A stretch of 64,000 bases of DNA from Balanoglossus misakiensis (Eukaryota > Animalia > Hemichordata), in contig CM082593.2 of NCBI GenBank assembly GCA_040954595.2, forward strand, positions 776,759-840,758. The letters are read 5' to 3'. The notes below the pieces were generated by a model, which was given only the letters and a program-made list of their open reading frames with translations, made no database searches and had not been told where the DNA came from. This document shows, piece after piece, positions 51,237 to 64,000 of this stretch. The position numbers and the translations under genes are program-made. Every line of letters begins with the position of its first letter. Position 1 is the stretch's first letter.

Positions 51237-54200
51237 TGGTTTTCTGTTTCGTTCCCATGCATGTATTTTCGGCAGTTGTTGAAGTCATTTGTATATTGTA
51301 GTGGAAAGAAAGATATTTCATAACAAGAATGAGGGATATACATGTATCTGTGTGGAGTGGTTGAGGCTTGACAGTAAATATTTATATTGGCAACACACAA
51401 CCTGTTCTTGATTTATACATTCTCGTTTTGCACTGAGTGACACAAAGCTTTACTAGAGACCCGGGTTCAGATACACAAGTGAAGTCAACCAAAGCAAACG
51501 TAGACAGTTATTACTCAGGAGAAAAAGCAAGTCGCACAAAAACACACTTTGTTTACAGCGGACAATGTCTGCGTGGGGCACAAACTGGAATTGATGGATG
51601 GTACAAGAAGTTACAACAGCATCTCCCACACACACACACGGTCACTCCAAAATCCGGCCACTCATAAAATATAAGCATTGTTAATCCTAGCAATTCCATG
51701 TACAAGTGGAATAAGCTAGGTGTTAAGGTTGGATTAAAGTATCAGACAGGTTATTACTTCTCTTAAATATATGTTCTGTAGAGAGCCACTGTGAGTGATT
51801 GACCAGTGACCTTATGTGTCTTATAGGTCAAGCCCCCCTAAATATGCCACTATCGGAGAGAAAAGTTTCTGTGTGCGGAAAGTTAGGGGTGGAGGAGGGA
51901 AGGGGTTTTGCATTCCTCGTATGTGATGAGTAAACTCAATAAAGATGTGCCAAGTATGAGTATAGTCGCAGTAACGCAATGCAGACATGAAGAAACAGCT
52001 GGTCGAAGCTTGAAGGCTACTTGAGTAGATGCTGAGGTATTTGAAGATTGATGTAATGACCACAGGTAGCTGACTGTAATGTGACAAAGGCGAACTTATC
52101 ATCCTTTAAACAGAGATTAAATCACATTGACCTTGTCATCGTGTCTAGTGCTTGCCTGTACATTTTGTTCTGAAAGTGATAGCTGTCATACGGACGTGTC
52201 ACATGATTTCTGGTGGAATTTCGAAGAATATTCCAATAAGAAAGTCCATAAAATCATTAATATTCAGAGTTCAAGTACATATAAACATATTTGTTGGTTT
52301 GTTTTCGTGAGTCTCTCACAAACCTAACTCTGATAACCAGCTATCATACAGATACTGTCAGTTTACCAGCTGACAATGGCTGTCAGACTTTTGATGGCCC
52401 ATATTTAAAATGGGGAAGTGAGTTGTATCATAAGAAAATATCACATTTCACATCCTTGTATGCAAAGTCAATGAGTATTTTTGACAAATCAAAAAGGCAG
52501 TGAATGCACACGGAATCGAAAATGATTTTCTTCGACCACATGTGACTATAGTCGTGATATCCAAAGTAGAAGAATCATGAAGGAAGGATTATCATTGTCC
52601 AAATATTTATTTTTCCCATAACCTGGTGATTGGAAGGACCTGGCTTGCAGTACCTTACTTATCCTCCTAAAACAACACTTCCTATTGAACTCTATAATCC
52701 ATCAGTGCTTCTTGCATACATGTTCTTGAATCATCGTATCTTAGGAATATTCTAAGTTTATGAGTGTTGTTTGCTGGAATGCGTTATACTTTGCTTATTG
52801 CCAGGGAAGAATTTTGTGTAGGACATCAACAGAAAAATGAAGGATGCAGGAAATACATTTGCACGTAGATTTAATCGCCATGTCTTGCACTGTGAGAAAT
52901 CTTCTCGTCGGGAAATTCACACGACAGCTTGCATGCCAAGCAGTGATCTAATGCGCCGAACATAGAAACGATTCTCTGTGGTTTGTTCCAGACCATGAGG
53001 GAATGAAAAAGATTAATTAAACAGTGGAATTCCCATGACGATGTTGGTCATGCTGTGTTGATTCCTGATGAAAAATAAGCCAGGTATCCCATGTGTACAA
53101 GAGTATCATTGTGAATTTTCGCACCGACACATGTCAGAGGTTAAAGGTCACACAAGATGACATTTATTTGAAATCTCAGCTGAAAGATGATCCTGTTTCC
53201 TTATATGCTCTAAAGTGAAGAGCGTTTTCATGTCACAACCTCAAGTTAGGATATCCTTGTTTATTTACGGCGGCAATTAAGAAACAAAAGAACAAATGAG
53301 AGTTTCCCCTTCTTTGGCTTCAGCTGGGGCAGACCACAAGAGTGGTCTGAAGATATGGGATTCTTCAAGACCTGCTGTGTGTGTGCTGGTGTTTATCAGG
53401 GGATGATATTCGATAGTGTGTTCTCAGTCGGAATTATCTCAAACCTCTCAATGTACTGTTATAGAGACTCTGCTGCTGTTTGCAAAATTCACGCTTGTAA
53501 TAATCCGTCTCTTCGAATTTGACTCCCGGTTCTCATTCCTTGTGATATCTCTTGCATTGAATTGCTTCGACGTTCAATTCAGGAAAGTGATACACGATGG
53601 AAAACATTCAGGTTCTCATGCATAGTTCCTGTGGACATAGAGACAGATGAATTCTAAAAACAACCTCTTTTCTTTTACTCTTCTAATGCATGGATTGCAA
53701 ATTCATCCCAAACACACATGGCTGTAACTCTAACGCCCCACCACGAAGTCGGTCCATCTAGAACCGTACCACATACATCGCCCAGTCAGGAAGATTTCCA
53801 CAGATCATAAATATTCACCGCAAATGTTTTGTTATTGAAGATAAAATATTATATGTTTGTTTTCAAAGATAATGCAGGATCATATGAATAAATTGATGAG
53901 ATATTATACTTTACCAGGGTCTGTTAGGTCACTGAGGGTCGCGCTCTGGGTACAGAGGTTGTAATAATAAATGGTGCTACTGGTAAACTGACAGAGTACG
54001 AAGATTGGTAAACTTTGCGAGTACGTACATCTGTACATCATATCAACTTGGAACTTTGCAGTAAATCTGTGATTTCTGTTGTAAATGCTTCCTCGTAGAA
54101 TGTCTCCGACATTGCTTTGATTGAGTTATGGCAGTGTTCATTCAACAATCGTTATTCCTGCTAATGCATTTTTTTCTCTCAGTTGCTAAGGAGTGTAGTT

Positions 54201-57200
54201 GTTAAGTTTGTACGTATTTATGAATTTATAGTAGTGTTTCTGTGTCAATACTTTGCACTTTTCCAATGAGTCAAACTTCTTTGCGAGACTGCATGCCTAC
54301 ACAGAGTCAAACCCTACTTGATCTGCTTTCTTTTTAAATGCTTGACTGTTGGTATAAACACAAGTTTGATTTAAACAGACACGGACAATGGTGTGATGTT
54401 CTGCTTGTAGAGAGAGGGATGCCAAAATACACGTAAGACAAATCAGATTGGTTCCCATGCAATGACACCAAATATGTTGGGAAACATTTTATTTACATAA
54501 ACCCACATTTTCTTCAGGGGAACTAAATTAACTGATTTAAAAATACTTCATGAAGGACTGTTTATCTTCATCAGAAAAAATAAACTTCGACTTAGAGAAA
54601 AATTATCAGACATGATCTGTTTTATTTATTGCCCGTGACCCGTGATTTACTTTGGCTTAAGATCCCTTCAGAAAGACTCTCGAGGAACAATCCACTTTTG
54701 AAGGACATATAGGGGTTGTAGGGTCATGCTCTACATGATGTTCCTGCTGAGTTGAACCCGAGTGTCTTGGTGGTCTTACAGGATCAGACATGCTATTTCC
54801 AACTCAACAGATTTAGTATCTCTGTGTAAAAGACACCTTGGGGGCCTGCAGAAGCCGGAAGATTGATCTGTCCTGGATATTTTGAGATTTACCACTGTCT
54901 CCAAACTCTGTCGGTCCAACACAGTCTTTTTCTGAAATTGTGGGAAAATTGTTATGTTATTTTTTTATAAAATGTGTAATTTATTGTAGAGATTTATTGT
55001 TAAAATGCAACAGACTCCAGAAAATACCATCAAAGATGATAAATGTTATAGTAGTAGCTCAGAAGCGGACCAAAGAAAAGGCACTAGGTTATTGTGCTTT
55101 AAATTTAAAGAATTGAACGTTTTTGGCTGGCGAGTCCCATCACTTCTGGTGAGTGAACAGGAAGTCTAATGCCTGGATGTGATGTTGACCTGAGGATGTA
55201 AGTTCAAAGTGTCAAAGGTCACGGTGTGCAACCTGGGTGACTAATTTCCCTGACAAATGTTTGATTTTGTGATTTTGCTGAATGTCCATGTAGCATTGCA
55301 CTTTAATTCCAGAGATTGACTTTGCACTGAGGGTTACTGACGGTCAGAGTGATATTTGAAACAGACAGTCTGTGAGGCTCAAGAATTCAGAAAGAATTTA
55401 CTGTTTGAGTTGAGTCATTCTTCTGAAGGTTTTCACTGTTTTCTCCCTGTGAGAAGAATTGTTCTATCCTTTTGATGTGGTTTCAACCTCCCCCCTTGTC
55501 AAGGCTGATCTATGCAGGGGCAATTATACTGAAGGCATGAGGATGTCAACGCGAAGTTTGACAGACGACACTGTTATGTGATTCCTGTAATATTTATTTT
55601 TAATTTCAGTCAGGAGTGACGTGCATATTTATTGGACAGAGACTGTCTGCAGTTGCTCTAAAGAGTATTTACTCAGAACTGTGACTTTTCAAACCTAGGG
55701 TTTTTGGATTTTCCCCTGAGCATTAAATGAAGGCTTATTACACTTTTAGTGAGCGCAACTTTTTCCCTTTAGGAGTTCTGTAAACAGACCATTACACCCG
55801 AAGACACAATTTAAAAACACTGATATTCGAAAATAAATGCAGAGAGCAATATATTGTGTGCTTAAGTGTCCCTCCTGACAACCAGGAGTCGTGGGACCTT
55901 GTAAATGTTGAGATATTTTTGGAATGATGAGGTATTTAGGGTATTGGGACTGCAAAGTTTGATTGTGTCTGCGGTATCTGTGTGATTCGTGGTGACCGCC
56001 CTGACATTTTGAGTTCACCATTCCAGTTGAAAATCTGTGTCAACACTTGTACAGTTTTGTAAACAAAATAAATTACATAGCATCTCTGCTCTGAAGTCTC
56101 ATAGAGCTGTTTCTGTATTTCCAAGCTCTGTGTTAATTTCCATGTTTGTTTTTATGAAGCAAACCAAAAACGGTAGGCTTCAGACAGTTGGAATCATCAC
56201 ATTACTCCTCAAATTTATTGTTTCATTATTTATTTTCTGTAGATTCAGTACCAAATTAGATGTGATTTTTGTCATGGTGTAAAACTCCCCATGCTTTGTT
56301 CTAAAAGTGATTTTAATTTATCATGGGTCCAGAACAGAATACTAGTATCACATTCATTATTTGTGTGCATCATAACATTCAAGTAGATTGAAAATACTGC
56401 AAACAGTTTTGTCAAAATTACTAGTCTCTCATCTACTCATGGCAGAATAATTAATAGCCCTTTCACCCCATTTGCCTGTGTAGAGTTTCAAATAGGGAGC
56501 TGTTATCTTTCTGTGCTGGTACATTTCAGCGAGATATTTGAAATGCAGAAAAGTTCTCCTTAGGTCAAACGAAACAGCGCACAGAACTTTAACACCTTCA
56601 GGCCATAAAAATATACATGTCTGGCATTTAAACCCAGCACTGTTGAGATTACAAGCTTTTATAAAACCGTGTTTTGAAATCTTCTCTTTACTGTATAAAT
56701 AACTGTTTAGCCAGCGAAAATATTATTAGTTCACGTGTTGAAAGATCCTTAATAGAATATGACCTTGGTTGGCTTTCACACTTGAATGCCTATGAAGTTT
56801 ATGTTTCAGCTGTTGGCCATCTCTGAATTTTTATTAGTTTCCCAAGTGTTGGTTAGAAAACTTAAAAGTTGAAGACGTCAAGTGGCAGCTTGGAGTTCTG
56901 AACGGTCAGTAAGTCTCAGTTGTCAGCAGTTGTTCTTGAACAGTGGCTGTGATGACAAGCTGAATGGTGAGCATGTTGGGAAAAGAACAAGGCTAGACAC
57001 AGATCTATATTAACGGTTACAGTTGTCCCATTAACAAACCCTTTCCTTGACTTGAGGAAGTGTTTCAGTAATTGAAAAAAAAAGCATGACTAATCAATGT
57101 GAAAAAATATACAGTGATCAGTCTCAGTTTATTTATTGTGTAAAGTGTAGAGTTCATTGAAGGTTGTGTAAACTTCATGCTGGTTTAAGTGTTACTGTAA

Positions 57201-60139
57201 ATGTGTATGTTTTGGAAATCAAAACTCCCAAAGACTGCTGGGATTGAGTCTCATTTCAGACCGGTCTGCTCCACAGGCAGAATTACTGTGCTTTGTCAGT
57301 GTTGAAATAGGTTCACATATAAAGCATTATGATGAAAGGTACGTCACGTAAATTACGACCACTTTTGCAAAGAGTGAAGCCCATTCCCAAATTCAGATGC
57401 ATACATCACAGCTTGATTCTGAGAGCCACTATTAAAAAACCTATTAACAGCCAGTAATGGGCCAACAAGCCCCTCCCAAATGATGATGAAAATAAAGGGG
57501 GACCTCACAACTAGGAGGTCCCTCAAACTCTTGTCTATTGACCTTTTAATTAGAGTATAATTTTACAAAGTGCTGAAGTATGGCTGTCTAAACAGAACAC
57601 AGGAAATAGCAGTTTTCCGAGTGGCTACTGTATAAATTGACAATGGGGACATGGATTTAGTTGTCTAGACTTACTAATACCCATGTTACATGCTGTGACT
57701 CTGCAGAAGCTGAGTTTACATGGGATTGGAGCCTCACATGTCTTGTCTTTATTTGATGTCATGGCTTTTACAGTTTCAGAGCAACATAGCTGGGAACGCA
57801 AGACTGAAGATTCTCAGTGTTATTCAGTATTTTTTTAAGAACATGATATCATGGTGTCGGTTTGCCTCTAAAAGTGTAAATCAACTTATTTTAAAGCTAT
57901 GAATCCCACCCTACATACATCATAACACATATACACTGATTGTATTAAAATACTAGGGATTATTTTTACCCTGAAAATAACAGTGTATCAAGTATCTATA
58001 CATGTTTGAGTCAAAATTTATAATTGGAACACTGACTGATCGGGGAAAGTCTGGAATAGAGATTTCATATCACATAAAGATGGGAAATAGCTCAAATTAT
58101 AGCTTTTACTTCTAGGAAAGGAGCAAGTGTTAATGCCTTTTCATCTAATTAACTATCAGGCTGATTTCTGAATAATGTAATTATTATAGAATCACGTTAT
58201 GAATTACCTAGCGGTATTGATTATTAATTATTCAATCTGAAAAGAGTGAAACAGAAAGAGTGAAGTTGAAGATCATTTGTTGTGACATTTGAGATGTCTT
58301 CTTGTAAATCAGATATTTCTATCCACTTAGGTTTATCCTTGTCTTGTACACTTGCTGTGCTTCCGCTCTCAGGTTTCGGGCCAATATTTGAAAATAAGTC
58401 TCCCCAGCGATGACATAAAAAAACACAAGTTCTGCCAACTCACGTTTGGATTACAAAGCTCACTATCACTGTCATGAGGTAGCAAGAACTAATATAAGAG
58501 AAGCCACAAATGTAAAAGCAATGGGGGATTGATGAAGACATAGCTTTTTTCAATTTGATGAAAAGTATCAAATGTGTGGCATTTTACTCATGCCCTCCCG
58601 TGGTGGCCGGCTAGGTTAGACTTTGTGGATGACCTTTTTATGCAACTTGACATGGACATTGCATCAGTAAGAGAATAGTCTGCCTAGTTTCAAGTAGAGT
58701 GACCTCTTTTACACTAATCGCTGGACGGACGTGATGATTGGAGGTGGGACAAAACATGAGGTCATAATGGTGGAGACTAGCAAAATCTGATTGCCTTAGT
58801 GATTATCATCTGAATGGTTTTGTAATCATAAATCTGATACGATGCTATCAGAGTTATTGGCTACAATATGCCTTCCCTTCCATCAAATCTTTCTATATTT
58901 TTTAGGAGGAGGGGGAAGGATTGTCGTACTTGTTCCCGGATGTTGTGTTAAGGATCGGACTAGTGTACCTGGGGAGGACAAAAACGTCATCATTCTCGAG
59001 GAGCGTTCACAGCCAACAAATTCAATTCAAAGCTGATTTATATGAAATTAGCATTTTCATTTAGAGATCTGTTAGCTCAGTCTTTGACAGAGAGAAAGAA
59101 TATTTGCTCATCCTGTAAACAGGAACTTCGGAAGTTTGTACAAAGTATTTCAGATAAGAATGCAGTGAAAAAAGGGATAATCCTGTGTTGTAGTTGTCGT
59201 CACTTAAAAGTGCAAGTAACATGTTCACATGTTGATCTGGTCATTTGACCTCAAGTTCAAATGTGTCACCATTGTCGTGGCAAGTCTCTGTTGCATGTGA
59301 ACTTAGCTTTGGACTCATTTGGGTGTGAGCTTGTGACACATTGAATGAATTGCGTAATTTCAAGACAATTGATGATGACACGTAGACCGCGTGATGTTTG
59401 TGCAGTCTGTTTTAGCCATAGGGAAAATCTATGTCCAGGCATGTGTATGGGAAAATAGTGATGTCAGCGTCATATGATGTTTGTATGACATGCTAAAGTC
59501 ATTTCAGTTTCAATTCTCCAGGACAATTTCTCACGCCCTCGGATTTCAGGGATTCTGTTTCTTGGCAGAGTGCAGGGTTTGACCGAGATTTTGCATCAGA
59601 CGGGAACTACCCTTCAAAATCACCCTGACGTCACTGTATTGTGAAACTTATTTGTTTTCAGGGAAAATTTCTCACCAACTTGATTGTTCTGAAGTCATTT
59701 GTCCGATAACAAAAGTGTGCCGCCATCGATAGAAAGAAGTACCGGCATTAGTATGTAGTGAAACAGGCCAAGGTATAACCACCATATTTGGACATTAGAA
59801 AAAAGGCTTGGCTGATGAATATTCATGACTTTCCATATTTGGAACACAGGTGAATGAAATTTACATAGTGTAGTATTTCTGTATTTGAAATGAGATTCAC
59901 AGGCTTTACCTCATACGTAATACTTCTTCATGCGTGATTTAGTTTCTCATTCAGCCATATTTCGCCTTAAATCGTACCTAGGTAGTCTTCAAAGGAAAGT
60001 CGGCTGGTCAACTGTCGCAAATATTCGTCCTACATTTTGTAGTTTCCCCAAACGTTGTAGTAAACAGATAGGCATTGGCTTGGAATGTTCCCTATGGTAA
60101 TATGTATGCTTTGAAGTTTGAGTGCTTGCCTCATAGGTG

Positions 60140-60605
60140 ACCCTGTGTACACTTAAGACTTTGTATCTACGTCAGCCCACCCACAGATACCTCTACTTGC
60201 ATACCCACACACTGTCCTATTTACGCTAACGCCCCCTTCTAGACATACAGGTTGCCGTCGCTCAAGATGGACATAATTCAAAAACTGCATTTTTCACATG
60301 CGTAAACCAGGTTGTCTCAATCAGCACATTTTTGGGCTGGTTATAATCATTTGGACTGGTTCAAAGATTGTGTACTAAAGGAGATGTTTGCATGCATTGG
60401 TCGACTTGTGTACATAATTCAAAGTCCGCATTTTTCACATGCGTAAACCAGGTTGTCTTGATCATCATATTTTGGACCTGCTTTAAATCATCGTACTGGT
60501 ACATGATTCAAATTCTGTGTGAAGGAAATGTTTGACTAGATTACGCCATGCGCTTTAAGGATGGAATGTGGCATTTACGATGCCCTCAGGCCATTGGTCG
60601 TATTT
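60140..60605. repeat. Interspersed repeat-like segment with a ~141-bp-period internal duplication
   Basis: ACATAATTCAAA...GCATTTTTCACATGCGTAAACCAGGTTGTCT occurs at 60271 and 60412. Outer boundaries are uncertain. Confidence 0.55.
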
Positions 60606-62249
60606 TTGTTTCTTCAAAAGTGGTACAATAGTTCAACATGGTGAGGTTATCTTGACCTTGTTTGCTTAATTTGTCTGGATGCCTGTCTGTTACATGAACA
60701 CCCAAAAACAATCCATGACTGAAGATGAAACGTGACAAGGTTGTCAGTCAGGCCTTTACAGAAGAATCATTTCAGCTGATCTTTCTAATTTGCATAATAC
60801 CATTTCCCAATCAGTAAAAATGTTCATGAATATTAGTTTGCTATGGTGTAGTGTTCATTGCAAATTCTGGCTCTAGTGTTTTGGAAAAGATCATCCATTT
60901 GCATCAAGATAATTAGTAGTCTTTTCCATACCTGTGTGACTTTGATTTTTACATATGAATATGCCAGGCAAGTCCAGACATATTCATGATTAAAAAAGAA
61001 AAAGAAATGAAGGGTCTGTCTCAACTATGGGGAATAACTAGTACTCCCCTGCGAGTCTGAAGTCAGAGATTTCCTTGACCTCTAAGTATAATGTCCCACG
61101 ACCTTGTTCCATGTCGGCATTTGAAATGGCTAACCTGTTTACTGCAACAGCTACATGGACACGTTTGCAGTCTGTGTTGGTGTGGAGACCTACATGGCTA
61201 ATCGGCAGGCAGGCACTCAAAAAACTTGACAAACTCAACAGAAGTGTCAAAATGTGGCCGTGAATTCACAGAAATTCATGCGGTCTGTCCTCTGTTGCCT
61301 AGCAACTGATGTAAAATGTGGAGGAACAGAACCTGGGCTGTGTGTCGATCACGCAAAGTGTGAAAAATGGCCGCGCTTCATATTCTTCAGTATCCATGGT
61401 TTCAAAGTTGGATTTCTGTGCAGGGAAATAGAGTGAGAGGCTGATGAAAAGTTCAAAGGATGCAAATTTGTTTTTTTAACGTTTAGTATTCCTGATTTTG
61501 CTTTGCACACAGACTATGGATTGTGTGTTTAACTGCCACTGTTAGAGTTTCTTCTCTCTCACCAAGTACCACCAATATTTTGACAAAGGTGAATTAACCA
61601 AGATCTTTGTTTTTTCGAAAAACAATAAGAAGACAATAGAGACAAAGAAATCTTAAGGAGTCATTGTTGACTTTTCAGTCCACTATTGTTTTACCTTTTC
61701 TTTGATCTGTTGCCTACAGGTGAACTATCTGTGTGTCTACTTGGAAGACCCACATAGACTTCAGCAATTTTCCAAATACCTTCCTTTTACCCAAAACTAA
61801 GACTTGCAACAAATTTGTGAAAACTGTTGCTGAAACAGTTATAGCATCTGCGAGGCTATTCAAAGGTTGGAAGGGAGGGGGGGGGGGGGGTGGAATACAG
61901 TAGGTCATGGAATGAAGTCATGCAAAAGCTTGTTCCCTGTCCCTGTGAATTTCATTAAATGTCAATCTCAAGCCTCTCGGTTTGTGCAACCGTGGGTCAC
62001 ACTTGACTGCCTGCCCAATTTCTTTTGTCGAGAGCCGAGCTAAGTCACACACAAATTTAGCTTCTCATCCCCATTAATAGAGTATCAGAGGCATCCTAAG
62101 CTTCTGAACTCTATTGTTTGTGGCAAATAGACCCTTATTGTCAATTGTCCCAACATGCCCACATTTACTGGTGCCTGGACCGTCTGAGCTCATTAATAAA
62201 AATATGTGTGTTCTCTCATTGTCCGCTGGCTCAATTTAAAGTCTGTTAA

Positions 62250-62662
62250 GGATGTACGCGCAGAACATAAACCGGAAACAGTGCGCGCCCGGTCTTTTTC
62301 CCATAGGATTACATTGAAAATTGCTAGAAAACAAACTTCTACTATTGTCATTTTCACGAAATTTTACACATAGCTCAATCCAGCAAATATAAATTCATTG
62401 GGCAAATAAAATATAGGGGTCACCGCTCTCTATTTTGAGATAAATTGCGTCAAAAATTTTGCCCATAGACAAACCATTGGTGAAAAATGCTGAGTCATCA
62501 GTTTTCTTCTATTATCGGCTAAATTCATGGCTCTGTATTTCAAAAACAAGCGCGGTGACCCCAATATTTTATTACGGATTTTCATTATACATACAAAGGA
62601 GAATCCAAAAATCCACAATTAAAAAAAATGACAATACTTTCAATTTTACTGAACGTACATCC
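62250..62662. mobile_element. Kolobok-like MITE
   Basis: TTAA|GGATGTACG ... CGTACATCC|TTAA; internal inverted pair AAAATATAGGGGTCACCGC (near 62409) and GCGGTGACCCCAATATTTT (near 62552); TTAA target site with RR...YY termini. Confidence 0.8.
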
Positions 62663-64000
62663 TTAATTAGATGATGGCTTGTGTTAGAGACTGTGATTTC
62701 AGTTATTGTGCTTTTAACATGTACCCATTGAGTCAATTGCATCATACCTGCTTCAATTACCCAACAGTAGGTAACCCCAAATTACAAATTCCCACCAAAC
62801 CACAGGTAGCCTTGTTGCTAGTGCAAGCAAGTTCACACAGACCCCCGTTCTCTTTTTGTGGCTTCTGTAAAACAATAAGAGCAATTTACAGTAAGTGGTC
62901 GGTTGAATTAAACTCCACCCTGTAAGTTGCTAATTGCAGGGAGAGCTTTTGTGTCAGTTTCATTAAGTTTCAAACATTTTGCAATACTGGCTCAGGTGTA
63001 TATATTGTTTTGTTGTTTAAAACCAGCATAAACTTGCTTCAGCTTTTCTTGAAAGGACTTTTTTTGCATCTTATTAGATCACACTGAACGTCTTAGAAAT
63101 TACCAAAGTTTAAAGTGACTGTTTCGAATTCTACAGCTTGTAATTTCATCATGTCCATGCTGCAGAGACTTGTCACAGATTCTCAGGTGTGAAGTTAAAT
63201 AGTGATGCCTCTCAGAGCTGTTTCTAGCTAATAAAATATCTTTCTGCTGACATTCTCCATTTTACAAGATTTTACCAACAAATTTGCATGAAGGCATATC
63301 ACAGCTTGGTTTTAAAACCTATGATGCAAGATGCTCTCCCTTGAGACTAAACTAAATGATGTGGTTAGAAAAAAAGGTAACTGAATGAAACTGCATTTGA
63401 AAGACTTGTATGCAGGTAGGCCATCTCCCTCAGGAATCTGTCACCTACTTAGCAAGCTGTAACTTTCCGCATCAGAGAAGAAAAAAAAGAGTGAATCTCC
63501 AAACAGGTAGCTGATACCTAGAGGTGACAATTTTGAAGGGGTTGTTTAGTTTCAGTGCAATTACTACATAAAATGAGATATTCTAAGAATTTTCAGAAGG
63601 TCAACAACACCAACCTAATTTTGTTTCAAAGTACAGTGTAGTCTGATATTTCATTCCATGAGATTCTAAAAAGTCTAGGGAAGAGTTATTCAAAGTTCAT
63701 TCTACTTGATGTAACCACAAATGCAAATCATCGAGGACTGATCTTTTATACTCAGTTTTGTGGTGCGTGGTAACCAGTGATTGTAAAATCCAAATAAGTT
63801 ATGTAATTTTCTACCAAGTGGTAATGTTGTTAGCTGGTCCCTAGAAATATGCTAATTAATTGCATCCATTTTATGTACCCTGGGAATAACCCTTTACATC
63901 TCCAACATTGCGCAATTTAATACCAAATATATTGCTTAATCGATTAGAAATGGTGTAGCAGAAAATTGGCGAAGGTTATTTCATGAAAGAGAAACTGTTT

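Noticed and set aside
58906-59036. Acceptor followed by a frame compatible with the NRG phase-1 donor (GGGGRIVVLVPGCC...)
   Set aside because: No Ig-domain signature and it ends in a stop; cannot be supported as NRG exon 2 without transcript data.

Overview
Eukaryotic, AT-rich, intron-dominated animal genomic DNA; an invertebrate deuterostome-like genome is my inference from repeat style and CpG pattern. Nearly all ORFs in the supplied track are spurious. Reading splice sites by hand gives three loci. (1) Minus strand: the 5' part of an NWD1/NWD2-like NACHT-WD40 gene, with coding exons 16778-16655 and 487-402 joined across a ~16-kb intron, and probable non-coding leader exons up to ~24.5 kb. 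(2) Plus strand, head-to-head with it: two tandem CYSTM-like paralogs (Pro/Gln/Tyr/Gly-rich, Cys-tailed; 104 and 115 aa) that appear to share a single non-coding leader exon. (3) Plus strand: the first coding exon (39839-40235) of a neuregulin-2/type-II NRG1/Vein-like ligand, whose first intron apparently runs past the window end. Several non-autonomous DNA transposons are present (TA-type MITE, piggyBac-like, Kolobok-like, Helentron-like). The most notable observations are the one-leader/two-cassette CYSTM layout, its divergent pairing with an NLR-like gene around a kB motif, and a dense run of RFX X-box motifs over the NWD locus. All homology calls are from recalled family motifs, not database searches.
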